Source of the DNA: Amoebidium appalachense
Taxonomy: Eukaryota > Protista > Ichthyosporea
Assembly (NCBI GenBank): GCA_963693365.1
Contig: CAVNZM010000015.1
Coordinates: forward strand, 5,462,124-5,526,123
Length of the DNA: 64,000 nucleotides
Direction of reading: 5' to 3'
The notes beneath the pieces were generated by a model, which saw only the letters and a list, made by a program, of their open reading frames with translations, made no database searches and was not told where the DNA came from. The position numbers and the translations under genes were made by a program. Numbering within the stretch: the stretch's first letter is position 1; every line of letters begins with the position of its first letter. Below are positions 1 through 42,268 of this stretch, in pieces.

Positions 1-1144
1 TCGCGACGTCAGTGGGACACTTCAAGTGAGCGCCAACTTCACCAAAAAAGTTGATTACAGTAGAAACGGCTTCACAAAAAGAGTTAAAATTTGTGATCAG
101 TTATCCTGTTTATTAGGATTAGTTTCCAAAAAGTTTTTTAACACATGTTGAACCATATAAAAGTAGTCGCCCCGTCCGGGGCTTTGTCAGGCTTACATGT
201 TATAGCCCGACAAGCGGCTGCGCGCTCAGTCCATTTACCCTGCTCATTACCAGCGATGCGATTAGCCGAATCAGCCTAAACTATTGTGGAATGCAGAATA
301 CAAAAGAAGTCGTTAGCGTGCGCTCTGATTGGTAGAAGTATACGGCACAAGATCCCCCTATACTCCTGTGAAAGGGCGCCGAGTCACCTCGCCACCTCGC
401 CTAAGAGCGGCTGTTTCGAAGAGATAGAACTGAAGTCTTGAAAAAAACATAGTAATATAAGAAAGCGTAAAAAAAGACAAAATAGAATCTAAAAAAAGCC
501 GTTCAAGTTCAGCATGCGGTTGTAAAAGGCAAACTCCGCTGTTGTTTCCCGGATATAAATTCATGTTTCACATATATAATTATTATTTACTCGTACGAAC
601 GTCAACAAAACTTTATTGCATGCCATATTTTAGTCACTCAAGTTCGGAAGTTCGCGATCGGGTACCAGGGCTAGAAATTACATTTTAGGATTACTGTATT
701 TTGGCATCTGGCGGATCGCCGCCTAATTTTGTCCGGAGGTATTTACTTCCTTTTTACTTCCTTATATCTATCCGATAAATGTATACCTATCCGGCGTCGG
801 GGGGGACCCCCGTAAGATTCATTGGCAATATATTCATAATCTTGCGTTTATACTACTATGATATAAATCTCCTCTCAGTTATTTCCAACAATCATGTGAC
901 CATTATGTTGAGGGCAACTTACTATGTACATGATGGCTACTCCTTTCGAGCCTCACCAATATTAGCTAAACCGTCTTTTGAACTATATATCTCTGAAAAT
1001 GTGTAGATTGAATGCTCTATAAAATACAACAAGCCCAGAAAGCAGACTAATTTTGATATTGAGTGGGTAGCTCAACTTGCATTTTCCACTTGCAATCGCC
1101 ATACAGTCGACGTCATGAGATATACTGCGGTATTGAGATATTTT

Positions 1145-1146
<2 letters not shown>

Positions 1147-1222
<76 letters not shown>
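1147..1222. repeat. Poly-G tract (76 nt), one of dozens of long G/C homopolymers
   Basis: Directly visible; exact length is unreliable. Confidence 0.85.
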
Positions 1223-1224
<2 letters not shown>

Positions 1225-2192
1225 TTCTAGAAAAGTTTTATTTACTTCCCCAACCTCCAACTCAGGTGGAACTAAGTTCCAGGCTTTACTGGTACTTTCT
1301 AAAAATTAACGGTATATTTAATTCCGAAAACAGTGTAATTTCCTGCCCTGTCGGGTACATTTAATTAAATATCTTTATACTACATTTATATCGATAACCA
1401 CTCTCAAACCTTTTGGTGCTCTAATTTTTTTGTTGATTTATAATTTGCTATTCCTAATATGTTCTACATATAACGTATTAATACTAGAATTTGTATTTAG
1501 TGTCGCAAGATAATAATTACGTATACACAGATAGCTGGCCTATTCACCATATCATTATCCAAAACCCCAACCACCCCAGTGCGTGAAAATTTGGGGGGAT
1601 CGTGGCACAACATATTCTCTGTGCGCCGAGTTTCCAGTCAAAAGAAAAAAAGAGTTTACACTTCTCCGACGCACTTTTCACAGTTTTATTCCTGAGAATA
1701 AACCCTTGGGCAATTTCTCCACCGTTTGGCCGCTGAACTTAGACATAAACTGAAAAACTAGCTATAGTCAATAAGATGGATAAGGGATAAGGAGAGTACA
1801 GGAAATAACTACATAACAGGTGTTACAGTATATCTAAGACACCTTGCTAACATATATTCTCTCTCAAATTGGTAACGGTTACCGTTAAAACCATCGGAAC
1901 ACTGTCACCACTGAGGTGTCCTACCCGGTTGGTAAAATATAAATTGCACTTTCCGTAGCAATTCGCTCATGACTTCATGCTTTATACATCTCCCCCGCTA
2001 GCACTAAACGGCAACTTCTTTCCATCTTCTTTTATGTTTTCAACACTCTCTTTTCACTTTCTTCAGTAACTCCTGTTCCTTTCATTAGTGTGGTGAAGAC
2101 TAGGTTGCAAAAGCCCACCAAAACCTTTCACCAACAACAGTAGTACTCTGCCAGGTCGTGCTTTCTCTCCCAAACAGCAGCCAACCACCGAC

Positions 2193-3868
2193 ATGGATTT
2201 CCTCGACCGCTCTGACCCCTATTGGCTTGAGACTTACAACACCACCGACTCACCTCTCGACGACCCTCGGCTCTGGGACACAGACATCCCTGCCGATAAT
2301 TTCCCCCAAGCGAGACGAAACAGGAATGAGCGGTGGCCGGCACACTATGACCGTGAGCACGATGAAGATGTTCAAGAGGATGTGATGGGGTTGCGTAGAT
2401 CTGCCTCATATGCGGACGTACCAGTGCGTACACGCGGCAGGTGGGGGAGGGAGAGTGGGGTTGAATGGGAAGATGGGAGGCAGTATTCCAGAAGCACACA
2501 CGAGGGGTTGGACGCTGTGGAAGGGCGTGCACGTGGCACACTTGCACACAGAGAGGCGGCACGGTTTGCGCCAGAGGTGCCTCTGGGCACGTACACGGGG
2601 AGTCCACGTGGTGAACGTGCAGGGCAGGTGGCTGCGTTCTTTGATGACCTGGACAGGCAGCACCTGAGGAGGGGAGGGGGGAGGGGGGCAGAGCCGTATG
2701 CAAGGGTGAGAGGGGTGCAGAGTGAGTGGGGGGGCAGGGAGGTGCACTACGAGGAGGGATACAGGAGGGGGCACGCCGAGAGACAGCCAAGTGGCCTGCA
2801 CTCGACAAAGGCCCTGCCCGGATACCCCTCCCCCCATGCCCCACGTGCACGTAGGTTCTCTGGGGAAGGGTCGGTTCACTCCCCCCCCCTTACAGCCGCG
2901 CACGTGTTCTTCACAACAGCACCACCTCTCTTGATGGGTTAAGACGCCACAGCGCCCCTCTTGACGACCCCACAATCCCACTTCGCTCAGCAAACAGCCA
3001 CCCCAGATTCGCAACATCAGAGCCACAGAAATCCCAGTTGGGGCCACGACGCGCGCCTATTCCCCGCCCCGTGTATGTTGAGGGGGTGGGGGTGGACGAA
3101 GGGGCGTCGCAGCTTTTTGCGCAAATATTGTCTATGCCCCTTAACCCACAACAGGAGGCGGTTGCCAGGCAGAGAAAGAGGCGGCTGTTTAGCGAGCTGG
3201 AGAGGAAGGTGGAGTGCAGAGTGTGCCAGAAGAGATATGCCAGTGTGAAGGTGCGTGTGGTGCGATGTTTTGGTCGCGTGTGGTTGGGTTTGTTAAGTTT
3301 TGGAGACGTCTGCTGCTTTTGGGTTTATTTTGCTTTTGCTTGGCAGTGTTTGCATTGCAAAATTCATTCTAGTCTTATTCCGTGCTTGGTCCCACGGCTC
3401 TTATCTTTGCACATGCTCTTTGTGAACCTTGACTCCTCAGCTCCTCACTTTCTTGGTGTTCACACATCATGCATACCTTTTTTGACCGCCCTTTCCCCTT
3501 CCCTTCAGGCACGCAACCAACATGAGCGTCTCAAGCACCCAGAGCTGCCAGCACGTGCCCCCTTCCTTCTGGGACAGCTACAGTCCGAACACACAGACAA
3601 CGAAAACACGGGAGAGGAACCACACGAAAGCACACATTCTCCCTCTCTGTCTGAGTCCTTGACTGGGTCTCCTACCGGCCAGAAAAACAGCGCTGTGGGT
3701 GGGTCCTCCAATGGAATTCACGATAGAATGCTTGATTTTGGGAGGGGGTTGGTTGTGCAGAGTGATGACGAGGGGGATATGTACATAAAGGAGGAATACG
3801 ACGAAAGGTTGTTGAGGGGGGGCTCGGCAGGGACGGGGGTTGCTATGGAGGTAGGGGGGCACCTGTAA
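2193..3868 (+). CDS. Low-complexity protein with one C2H2 zinc finger (2 exons; apparent 1-nt frameshift in a C-run)
   Basis: Exon 1 is 2193-3250, GT-AG intron 3251-3508, exon 2 is 3509-3868. Splicing joins CRVCQKRYASVK to ARNQHERLKH, giving C-x2-C-x12-H-x4-H. The ORF from 2193 joins the downstream frame (PPYSRARVLHNS...LGPRRAP) only if one C is added to the C9 run at 2881-2889. Confidence 0.7.
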
Positions 3869-5818
3869 AAACGACAGGGCGGAGGGGGGGGGGGGGGGGG
3901 GGAAGGGGGGGGGGGAAGAGAGAGAGAGAGAGGGGCGGGGGGGGAGGGAGGGGGGAGAGGGTTCTGGCTTCACAGGGTTTGAGTGCTCCAAAGAACGTTC
4001 GTAGGATGTAAAGGTTGAACTGTGATTTTATGACATTCTTGAGAGTTTTTCAGGCTGAATGTGCATTGTGATGTGGCTGCTCTGCATGGTCAGCAAGACT
4101 CATATTTAGAGCAGAGCAAGCGAAAGCTCTGCTTGGCTAGCTTTGAGAATCTGGTGTAATTTTGAAACAGCCTCAGGAAACCGTGACGTGGAAACAGCTT
4201 CTGGGCGTGATGATTGATTCTTATGATTTATGATGGTTGTACCACATAATTATTTTGAAGGTTTGATGTGCACTCTTGAAAGTTCTTCTTGTAATGTGAT
4301 ATGACGTTATATGGTAAGATGTGTAAACGTATGTGCAGTTTGAATCCTGCGAGACTCTGTCAGTATGTAGCCCGATGAAGATCTTCTAGCCTCTAGCTAA
4401 TCTTTCCGTTGTGTCGTTTTTCTTTCTTTCATTCTTTTCTTTCTTTTTACGACGTGGACTTCTCTTTTCCTTGATATGCTCCAGTCTGTGAGACAAGTCC
4501 AGCCTGCCAGTGGCCGGGTTACAAACATTTGCAATGATGGCGCAAGAGAATTAACGGGCAGAACTGAAACACGTGATTTCTGGCTGCTTGTTTACTGTTG
4601 CTGTCCGTTTACACCGAGGCACCAGGTCTTTCAATTTGCCCGTAATAATCCCGTAATGCCTCATCACATATGCATCTCTCCGGAGCCAGGGGGTAATATT
4701 AGGGAGCTCGTTGCAGTCGGGGCCCACACTCATCCTGCTATAGCTAGCCATTATATTCATTCTCACAGGATTATGGGGTCCGAGGTGATGTTTTTTGGGC
4801 ATGTTGATCATTTTAAACAGTTGTGACACAAGGGCTCAACACACTAATAATCATGTTTCGATGCATGGGCGCGTTGCATCTAGGCGTGCAATAGCCACCA
4901 CTGGTGGTGGTCACGTTGTTGGTTGTCACTTGTGCAGTGATCCACGCATCACTAGTTTTTTGCGGTGTAATATTCAGCCCGTGGCCTCCATTTGAACATG
5001 CATGCCTTCCGGTGGCACAGCGCATCACCATTGCTGCGCGATGCCTTCGTTATCACCAGTGCGTTGCACCAACTCATCATATGTCCTGGCCCGTTTCAAG
5101 ATCTGAGTAGCATTTAACAAGAAAGGTTGTTCAATCAGTGATGCAGGCTTGCTTGTCGCACACAAAACGGTGCGCGGGACATCACAGCACACAAAAGTAC
5201 CACAACACAAACCCCCCCGGGTTGGGCAACTTAATTGTGACACCATTTGTACAACTGTTGCGGGCCTTCGCATACACCAGTTTATTCGTGCTCTGAAACC
5301 TCCAGCATACACCTTTTTAATAGTTGTGTTGTTACTAATTGCTCATCATCTGCCATCATTTTCTACCTTCATACTTTCCTTCGGTTACCTTAGCCTACCC
5401 TTCATCAAAATGCAAAACATTCAAACTGCCAATATTGCAGATTCTAAATGGCGGTTCTTGCACACCCTTTCAATCCAAGGTATGATATATGGCATTCTCC
5501 CTGCTCGTGTCTCGACAGTGTTTTCCTTTCGCATGCTAGAAGGGAATAACAACGCAACATCATTCGATAAGCTAGATGGGAATAACATGGCAACATCATT
5601 CGATACACTGAGAACAAAATAAATATCACTCAAGCATATATTATGCCTAACATAATAGGGCGTTTGATCCGATCCACCCGCCCCTCTCTCTCTCTCTCCC
5701 CCCCCCCCCCCCTCCCCCCCCCCCCCCCTCTGGTTCACTAAAAAGGTGCCAAAGAGGGGTGGCTGAGCGGGTGGGAGGGGGGGACGGGGGCCCGCGGGGG
5801 GAAGCTAGGGGTTGGGTA

Positions 5819-22671
<16,853 letters not shown>

Positions 22672-23482
22672 TTTTCAAACCTTTCACTAGTCACGATGTT
22701 CCATGTTAGTGGTGTTGTCCATAAAAAGATCGATGTGGTTGTCAGACTGGCAAAAAAAAAAAAAAAACAGAAACGAAGAAAAAAGTCTTTAGTAGGCGGA
22801 AATAATTTTTGGAAACGGTGTGTTTCATGCTCACAAAAGTTACAGAGCTGTGTCGATTACAAACTGATCGCAAATCCAGAACGATATACAACGCAACGGA
22901 AGTGGCCTGTCCCAAGTTTCGTGAACTTTAGGTACACCGTTTGCAGTGAATGCGCAAAGTCAAACATAGGTGCTGTGTGCTCTAATCAAAATACACCAAT
23001 GATGTTCTTTGTGCCAATCATGTACACTGAAAACTAAACCTGACGTAAGTTGGTCGTCGCATTTGAAGGCCGCATCGACGAAGTTCGTTCACCAATTTCA
23101 TCACGGCCTGTTCACGTTTACATGTTCATCGTCATGAACAAAAGGGCCGCCCCACATATACTGCACGGTAAGCCAGGGTTCTTAATATGTAAAAAAGGAA
23201 GGGGTTTAGCTGAGTAGAAGTGTCTCCTCCTGCTCTGCTAAGACCGTCTTTATTGAAATTTAAAAAAACATGGACGAAAAATGGCTGTGTACGATGCAAG
23301 TCCTGCGTACATAACAAACAATTAATAGAGATGTGCGCGACCAGCTGCCGCCCAAATACATTCACATCATGTGTGACCAGCACACGCTCTCAACGGCCCA
23401 CCCCTCCTCCTCCCCCACACACAAAGATGAAGCACGGACACAACGAACAGAAACAACCCAAGTGTTCTAAGCATTCATACAA

Positions 23483-24042
23483 TCACAATCTCCCTTCCAG
23501 CAATAACTGAAGTTCCTTTGGATTAGGGCTATGCCCCAGCCTAAGATTAACATAATAGCTGTTCCCATCTGCAAACTCCAATTTTTCCATGTTTCGTTTC
23601 TGTCTTTGCTCCTTGCTCGTGCCGCCCAGCCCAGCATGTGGGGGTATCAACTGAGCCATCGGAATAGTGCGGTCTACCCGCGAACCGGTGAAGGAGAGAG
23701 TGGAGACAGTAATAGTCCTGTGTTGTGTGTCTGTATGTGAGGGAAGAAAGGGAATGGGAAAGGTGGGGTGGTGGGAGGGGGTGGAGGTTCAGACTGGGTT
23801 AGTGTTTTGCTAGGAAGAAGGGGAGGTAGGAGATCCGGTGGGCAGGTGAGGGAGTGGTGGAGTGCGTCAGTGGTTGATACCGCTTTGTTGTGGAACGGGA
23901 AAAAATGACGAGGGGGGAAGAAGCGGGTGTTTGCACACTGCGTAAGTTTTACATGTACATGTGTGCCAGACTTAGTGTGCTCGTTGCTTGTAGAGGAAAC
24001 TCGGCGACGGCATTGACGGGTGAGTGCATGGAGAAAGGAACC

Positions 24043-24081
<39 letters not shown>

Positions 24082-25014
24082 GAGGGGGGGGAAGGAGGGG
24101 AGACATCTCTCTCAACTTGGATGCCTCCAGTACGTTTAGGGTGCCAGGTCAGGTAGGTAGGGGTGGAGAAGATCAAAGTGAGGAAAGATGCGCATGTATG
24201 TCAGAATGCACGGGTGTTTATCTGGGGGGAAGGGTGGGGAGAGTAAAGGGAGGGCATGAGGAAAGACAGAGACAGACAGACGGATAGAGAGAAGGCGGGA
24301 GGGGGGGGAGGAAAGAAGGAGGTATTGACGGAGGGGGAGGGGGAGGATGAGAGGCCCCCAAGACTTGTGCAAGGTTTATGAAGTAGAAAGAGAAAACAAG
24401 GCAATCTGAAGTGAGATGCAATTAGGGGTTGTGTTATGAGTAGGTGAGTGCGCGCGTGGGTGCGAGTGTGTGCGTGCTGGGAGGGGGAGAGGGGAGGGGG
24501 AGGGGGAGCGGGGGTGGGGAGGATGAGAGACTTTGCATAACTTTATGCCATGCCGTCTATAACGAGAGAAGGACTGCACATGAGGGATGCATCCAGAGAC
24601 GTGCATGGCGTGTGTGTCACTTGAATGGGGAGAGCACATGGAGGGGGGGGAGGGGGAGGAGAAGGGGGGGGGAGGGGGGGGGGGGAGTAGCCTACCCACG
24701 GCCAACTGGCCCACATATTTCTGCACGAGCTGTCCTGACAAGACGAGAGCAAGACCCGACCCGCCAAGTGTGCCGCCAAGCACACCCACCGCGTCTGGTC
24801 CCACAGCCCCCACTGCTGACGCAACACTCAGCGTGCCTAGTGCTACAAGGTTGGCTATTTTTAGACGTTGGAGTAGGCGTAGAGGTAGGATGAAGGGGCC
24901 GCGAAAGACAGGTAAAGTGGATGTTGGGGCGGTAGAATGATGGCGGAGAGGGAGGGGGTGTGTGCGTGTTGGGTGAGTGGAGAGTGCCCAGCGTGCGCGG
25001 GGTTGTAGAAGCAT
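23483..25014 (-). CDS. TMEM70/TMEM186/TMEM223-family mitochondrial inner-membrane protein (putative)
   Basis: Exon 24696-25014 encodes an Arg/Ser-rich presequence-like N-terminus, VFRGPFILPLRLLQRLK, two hydrophobic helices and KYVGQLAV. The last exon 23483-23717 encodes TITVSTLSFTGSRVDRTIPMAQLIP...YYVNLRLG...LLEGRL*. The phases only join through a middle exon (candidate 10-nt microexon 24212-24221). Family assigned by motif recall. Confidence 0.6.
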
Positions 25015-25425
25015 GTTGTTGTGTGTTTGTGAGACTTGCATCTTTGGTATACGTGTGTGCGTGTGCGTGTGTGTGTCACCAGTATGATGCGCATCGCAGC
25101 TGGCTGTGCATCGCACCACTCATGTTGTCTCCCCAGAGCAAATATCACAAATAGGAGTTTGAGGAGCCGATCCAATGAATATGACGTCATAACCATGACG
25201 TCATACTTACTTACTCAATCGCGGCCCGCACTGAAGTGGTGACATGTGCACGTGTACAGGTGAAAGACACACACAGAGGAGACAAAGAAAAACGGCATCC
25301 ACGTGCCTATGTATACTTGCGAAGGGTGATTTGCATTGATATTTTCCATCCCCTTTAAACAGCAGTTGACACCCTAAAGCACAGCCCTTGTTTGTCTCTG
25401 GTGGAGACACACACACAACGGCAAC
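25015..25425. promoter_or_regulatory. Bidirectional promoter with two tandem CRE/ATF-type TGACGTCA palindromes
   Basis: About 410 bp lie between the divergent ATGs at 25014 (-) and 25426 (+). ATGACGTCAT occurs at 25181-25190 and 25195-25204. Confidence 0.55.
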
Positions 25426-37705
<12,280 letters not shown>

Positions 37706-38055
37706 ATTTGGAAGGCCACGGCCCTTATATGGCTAATCCTAGCTAGTACTCTGACAGATAGGGTAGGTTCGTGAAGTGGAATGGACGTAGGATATGTGGA
37801 GTGTGTGCCATGATAGGGTTGTCTTGCTCGTTGTAGATATGGGGACGTGAAATGTTTTTTTTCCCCCTGTTTTTTTCCTTTAAGATTTAGTGGGATATGG
37901 TGGCGTTACCTCGTATTCATGTTACTATGACGAGCAGTATGAACTTAACATTTTTCAGTGAAATCTACCCCGGATACTCAAATTCCATTGGTCTTTGCCG
38001 TATATGAGGGTTTTTCTTTTGGAGTCACAGTTTTGTGTTTCGGCGGTGGCGCCAG

Positions 38056-38090
<35 letters not shown>

Positions 38091-38679
38091 CTTACCTGAG
38101 CCGTGCAAATATAATTTCACCACAAGACCAAATCTTACTTCACTGTACATACTATAGATAATAGTTATCTGCCTAGACCATGCAGGACGAGATATGACGG
38201 CATGGAGATAGGTTGGCTGGCGAGCCTGGTGCTACGGCCCCATCCCTGGTATAATGGGATATATTGCAAGAATGAGATAATAAATGCGTCGCCGTGTTGT
38301 GCTGTATTTTGGAAGCTCGTATATACGCACACGATCACACAGTCCCAAGAGTACAGAAACTGTAATGCAATTTGAAAAATTGCAAAATCGAAATTTCCCG
38401 GTCCACGGATCCCCGCCAAACCCAAGACAGGCACGCTTTAAATTTGTTCATACTTAGTAAACGAGTCCAGCCTCGTTCCAAGAGTTTGATTAATATTTCG
38501 AGCCTAGATCTATAACTCTATTCATACTTAGTAAACGAGTCCAGGCATCTTGAACTTTTCGCATATACTTTGTAAACGACCCACCTCCCTCCTCTTCAAA
38601 GTTTCCTCTGGCCTTCCTTTTCCCTTCCTTTCTTCCTCGGGCAAAAAAAAATTAATTAGGACCTTAAAAAAAAACTTCC

Positions 38680-38719
<40 letters not shown>

Positions 38720-38720
<1 letters not shown>

Positions 38721-38903
38721 TTAGGGGAATAGGATGGGAGTGGTGCTAAGAAAGGGTGTTGAGACGCTATAACCTAGCAGTACTCCTAGCAGTACTCCCT
38801 CAAGCAAAAATTTCGTCCTCGAAATTCAAAATAACAGACCTATCCTGTGTTATAGCGTCTCAGACACCCTTTCTTAGCACCACTCCCATCCTATTCCCCT
38901 AAC
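38720..38903. mobile_element. MITE-like foldback, ~54-bp arms
   Basis: GTTAGGGGAATAGGATGGGAGTGGTGCTAAGAAAGGGTGT..GCTATAAC (38720-38773) is the near-perfect reverse complement of 38849-38903. Confidence 0.7.
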
Positions 38904-38949
38904 AGCGCTTAGCTATAGCTATAACTTAGAGACAGAAATCACCAGAGAT

Positions 38950-39192
38950 CAAGTTGAGATCATATGATGGTAGCTAATCAAAATATTCCATGCACAAAGG
39001 TTTTAGCCATTTGTACAGATACATGGCGAATGTCATTTTCTGCATCAACATTCGTAATTATTCTGCTCTTTTACCTTCTTCGTCATTTCATTGAAAACTT
39101 GGTGTAGCCTCCCATTCGCCATGTATCACAAATGGCTAAAACGTTTGTGCATGGAATATTTTGATTAGCTACCATCATATGATCTCAACTTG
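38950..39192. mobile_element. MITE-like foldback, ~80-bp arms
   Basis: CAAGTTGAGATCATATGATGGTAGC...CATGGCGAATG (38950-39032) pairs with 39112-39192 with few mismatches. Confidence 0.7.
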
Positions 39193-40019
39193 TTGCGTAT
39201 ACATTTTTTAAGGTGATCCTTCCGTAGCGTAAAGAGAAGTAACAGACGTTCCTGTAGTATTGGCTTACACAATGAAGCTAATAATTCCCTTTTCAAATCT
39301 CACAGTAGTTCCAAATACTGTATTAGTTATATTCGGCAAATACTACCATCATTCCCATTGGTTGCATATCACAGTTAGATAAAACATCCAATCATTGCTT
39401 TCCAAATTTGTATAAATTCGTAAACCGCTTCAAGGGCTCTTCACTTTTCGTGGCATTGCTTTTGTAGGTTGATGCTTTTCCCTCTGACAAAACAAAAAAC
39501 ACAGACAAACTACCGGACTGGTAGGTATTTTTGCGCACACATCTTATACGCGGCACACCCCTTTATTTTATCGACGGATAGTCCTTCCACCATCTTGGGA
39601 AAATTCGGTGGAGGCATATGTGCAGGTACTGTCTAATCATATACCAGAGCGCGCACATTTTTCAGGATTTCGACCGGTCACTAGTTGAATTTTTGTACAA
39701 ACGAAATCGCGGGTGACGCGTTCTACTGCCTGGCGCTGCCTCACTCGGTGAGTAAGCCAAGATTGCATTTCTACAAGCATTTGCAGACACTCACACGCAC
39801 GAGTCCATGCACAGTTGCATACACACAGGCACACTCAAACATAGATAGCAAGGGAAGAAGAAGCCAACACTAGTTACATCGCCTACGGCCCTAAAGCACA
39901 CAGGCTTGAGTCACAAGCTTCTGACACACACACACACACGTGCACCATACCCACTTCCCACACCTACCCACACACACACACACACACACAAGCACACATG
40001 GATAACTTGAAGCGCTTCT

Positions 40020-40057
<38 letters not shown>

Positions 40058-40182
40058 CCTCCCCCCCCCCCCGGCTCTCCTCCCCTTACTCAGTACCCAA
40101 GTTCAGCCTGCTCAGTCCCCCCCAACCCTGGTATTTGAAGGCTGTTCTGCAGCATACTCCTTTTCTTCCCTTTAACCCCCCT

Positions 40183-40230
<48 letters not shown>

Positions 40231-40365
40231 ACCCCACACACACACATACACAGACCCCACCACCACCACCACCACCACTACTAACACACATAACCGCACC
40301 CCCGACCCCGCCCCTTTCCAAATACACAACAAGCATAAAGCTCAGGCCTCTATCTTTGCTTTTTT

Positions 40366-42036
40366 CATGCCTCGCTTTCCTTTCTCTGCCTCTCATACCA
40401 ACCTCAATCGCTACTTCCCCCCACATCCCTTTGCCCTGCTCGTATGCTTCCTGCTTCTGTGCCCCTCTCCCCTCTTGTCTTATTGGCTTTTTTTTGTGTT
40501 GGGAAGTGGGTAGGGGGGCAGGTGAGTAGGCGTGTGCGTAGTTGGTAGGCAAGTGTGTAGTGTTGCTGGTGCTGGTGAGAGAAAGAGAGAGAGGACTGAG
40601 AGGGGGGGTGTGTGGGGGGAAGAAAGCAGGTAACTGGGACTTGGTGCGTAAGGTGCCACGGTGCATAGTGTGTAGGCACGTAGGTGTGTGGGTGTGTTGG
40701 CGCAGGGCACCATATAGACCAAAGCTGGGCCCGTGGGTATCCGAGGGGGGGGGGGGGGGGGGAGGGAGGGGCTACGTAGGGGGGAGGGGGAGGGGGGGGA
40801 GGGGGGCAGCTTCTGATATATATATATATATATATATATTCCCTCTCTCTCTCTCTTTTTGGTTTGTTTAAGGGAAGGGAAGGGGGGGGGGGAGGGAGTA
40901 GGGAGGGATAGGGGGGGCGGGTACGGACTTGGCACGTATCTTGAGGTGTGTAGGTGTAGTGTAGGTGCTGTCTAAGAATTAGTATCAATTTATGTATATT
41001 TTATTCCTCGGAAAGATCTTACAGAATTTGAGAACGAAAGAACGGCACATGATAATGTCATCTGACATAGAGTTGACTGACATGCAGTTTCACAGATTTC
41101 AGACATGGCCAGCCCTTCTGCAAGTACTTTCCAAGTTGTGCTGGAAAGCTTCAAGAAGAGTACTCCGGTCGTTGGAACATGGGTAGGATTTGCTGCAGCA
41201 ATTGTCGCATGCACCATCTACGTGGAGCGCGGCAAGGGTGAGGTGGTCCGGCTGCGAAGCGGAATGGAGCTGAAGGAGAAGCAGGAGGAAGAGAGGGAGG
41301 CCTGGCTGCGAAGTGAAATGGAGCTGAAGGAGAAGCTGAAGGAAGTGAGGGAGAAGCTAAAAGAGAAACTGCATGAGAGGGACATGCAACTCCAGGCTAA
41401 GGAGATGGAGACATCACGTGCAAGGTCCCTGGTGGACACGTGGGACGCCCTTGTGCGCACCGGGCTGTCGGCTGACTACCCGCTCAAGAAAAACGCCACA
41501 GACCAAGCATCACAGTTGCCCAGTGTGCAAACAACTGAATGATTGAGGTATTGAGGGGTTGAGGGGTTGAGGGGTTGTACGTGTACTTCTGCTGTATATA
41601 CCATACATGGTGCTAAGTGCTTGTATAGCCGTTAGGAATCATTATGAGCTCACCACCATTTATTCATGTATTGACCAGTCATCGAAATTCCATGTCCCAT
41701 GTGGTTCACAGCAAATGTGTGCACTTGCGTCACGCAGACTGTCTGTTCAATAGAAGCTACCTTGCCCACTTCCCCAGTACTGGTGGGCACTGAGGCTTTT
41801 GGGGATATCTCGTACTCGACATTAAAATTATTCATGCTCGATATGACCATTTGTGCCGGGGATCTGAGCTGACATTCATATGCCATTATGACCATATATG
41901 GTACGCACTGATACACACCACCATCATGATTTATGGTTATATTTCATTCTGATATTCATACTTATTAGCCAATATCACCAGCAAAAACGAACATCACCAC
42001 TAGAATTTTTCTCGTTAGATCCGATTTACATACATA
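40366..42036. repeat. Segmental duplication, inverted copy of 60186-61782
   Basis: Continuous reverse-complement similarity covering upstream region, ORF and 3' flank. Confidence 0.92.
41105..41542 (+). CDS. Intronless orphan protein, N-terminal TM helix plus coiled coil (145 aa), copy A
   Basis: Non-repetitive ORF with hydrophobic PVVGTWVGFAAAIVACTIYV followed by E/K-rich heptads. The paralog at 60681-61064 is also open and differs by an in-frame 54-nt indel. Confidence 0.65.
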   Translation: MASPSASTFQVVLESFKKSTPVVGTWVGFAAAIVACTIYVERGKGEVVRLRSGMELKEKQEEEREAWLRSEMELKEKLKEVREKLKEKLHERDMQLQAKEMETSRARSLVDTWDALVRTGLSADYPLKKNATDQASQLPSVQTTE

Positions 42037-42038
42037 CG

Positions 42039-42231
42039 GAGTGTTGTGGGGCATGATAAGTAGATGTGCGGTTTATGATTGGGGTAGGGGCCGTGTTCTG
42101 TGCCCAACACATCACATCAGCCCTTTTAGTTACTGTGTGTTGTGCAAGTGCATGTTTTGCTTTGCTGGTGCTGGGGTTTGTGTGGGTGGGTGATGTCCCC
42201 TGGCGCTTTATCGCCTGTTACACTCCCCCCA

Positions 42232-42268
<37 letters not shown>

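Noticed and set aside
2881-2889. Pseudogene or programmed frameshift in the zinc-finger gene
   Set aside because: A single missing base in a C homopolymer; the same error type occurs in METTL15, so a sequencing or assembly error is most likely.
4476-5640. Possible gene between the zinc-finger and USP genes
   Set aside because: Only short stop-interrupted frames with no recognisable motif; may be a decayed coding or TE remnant but cannot be supported.
39240-40150. Possible minus-strand exons continuing the uncharacterised gene
   Set aside because: Some splice-like sites exist, but in-frame stops and inconsistent phases prevent a model.
41548-41577. Telomere-like TTGAGGGG repeats (also 60647-60680)
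   Set aside because: Only three copies in the 3' flank of the duplicated ORF; no evidence of telomeric origin.
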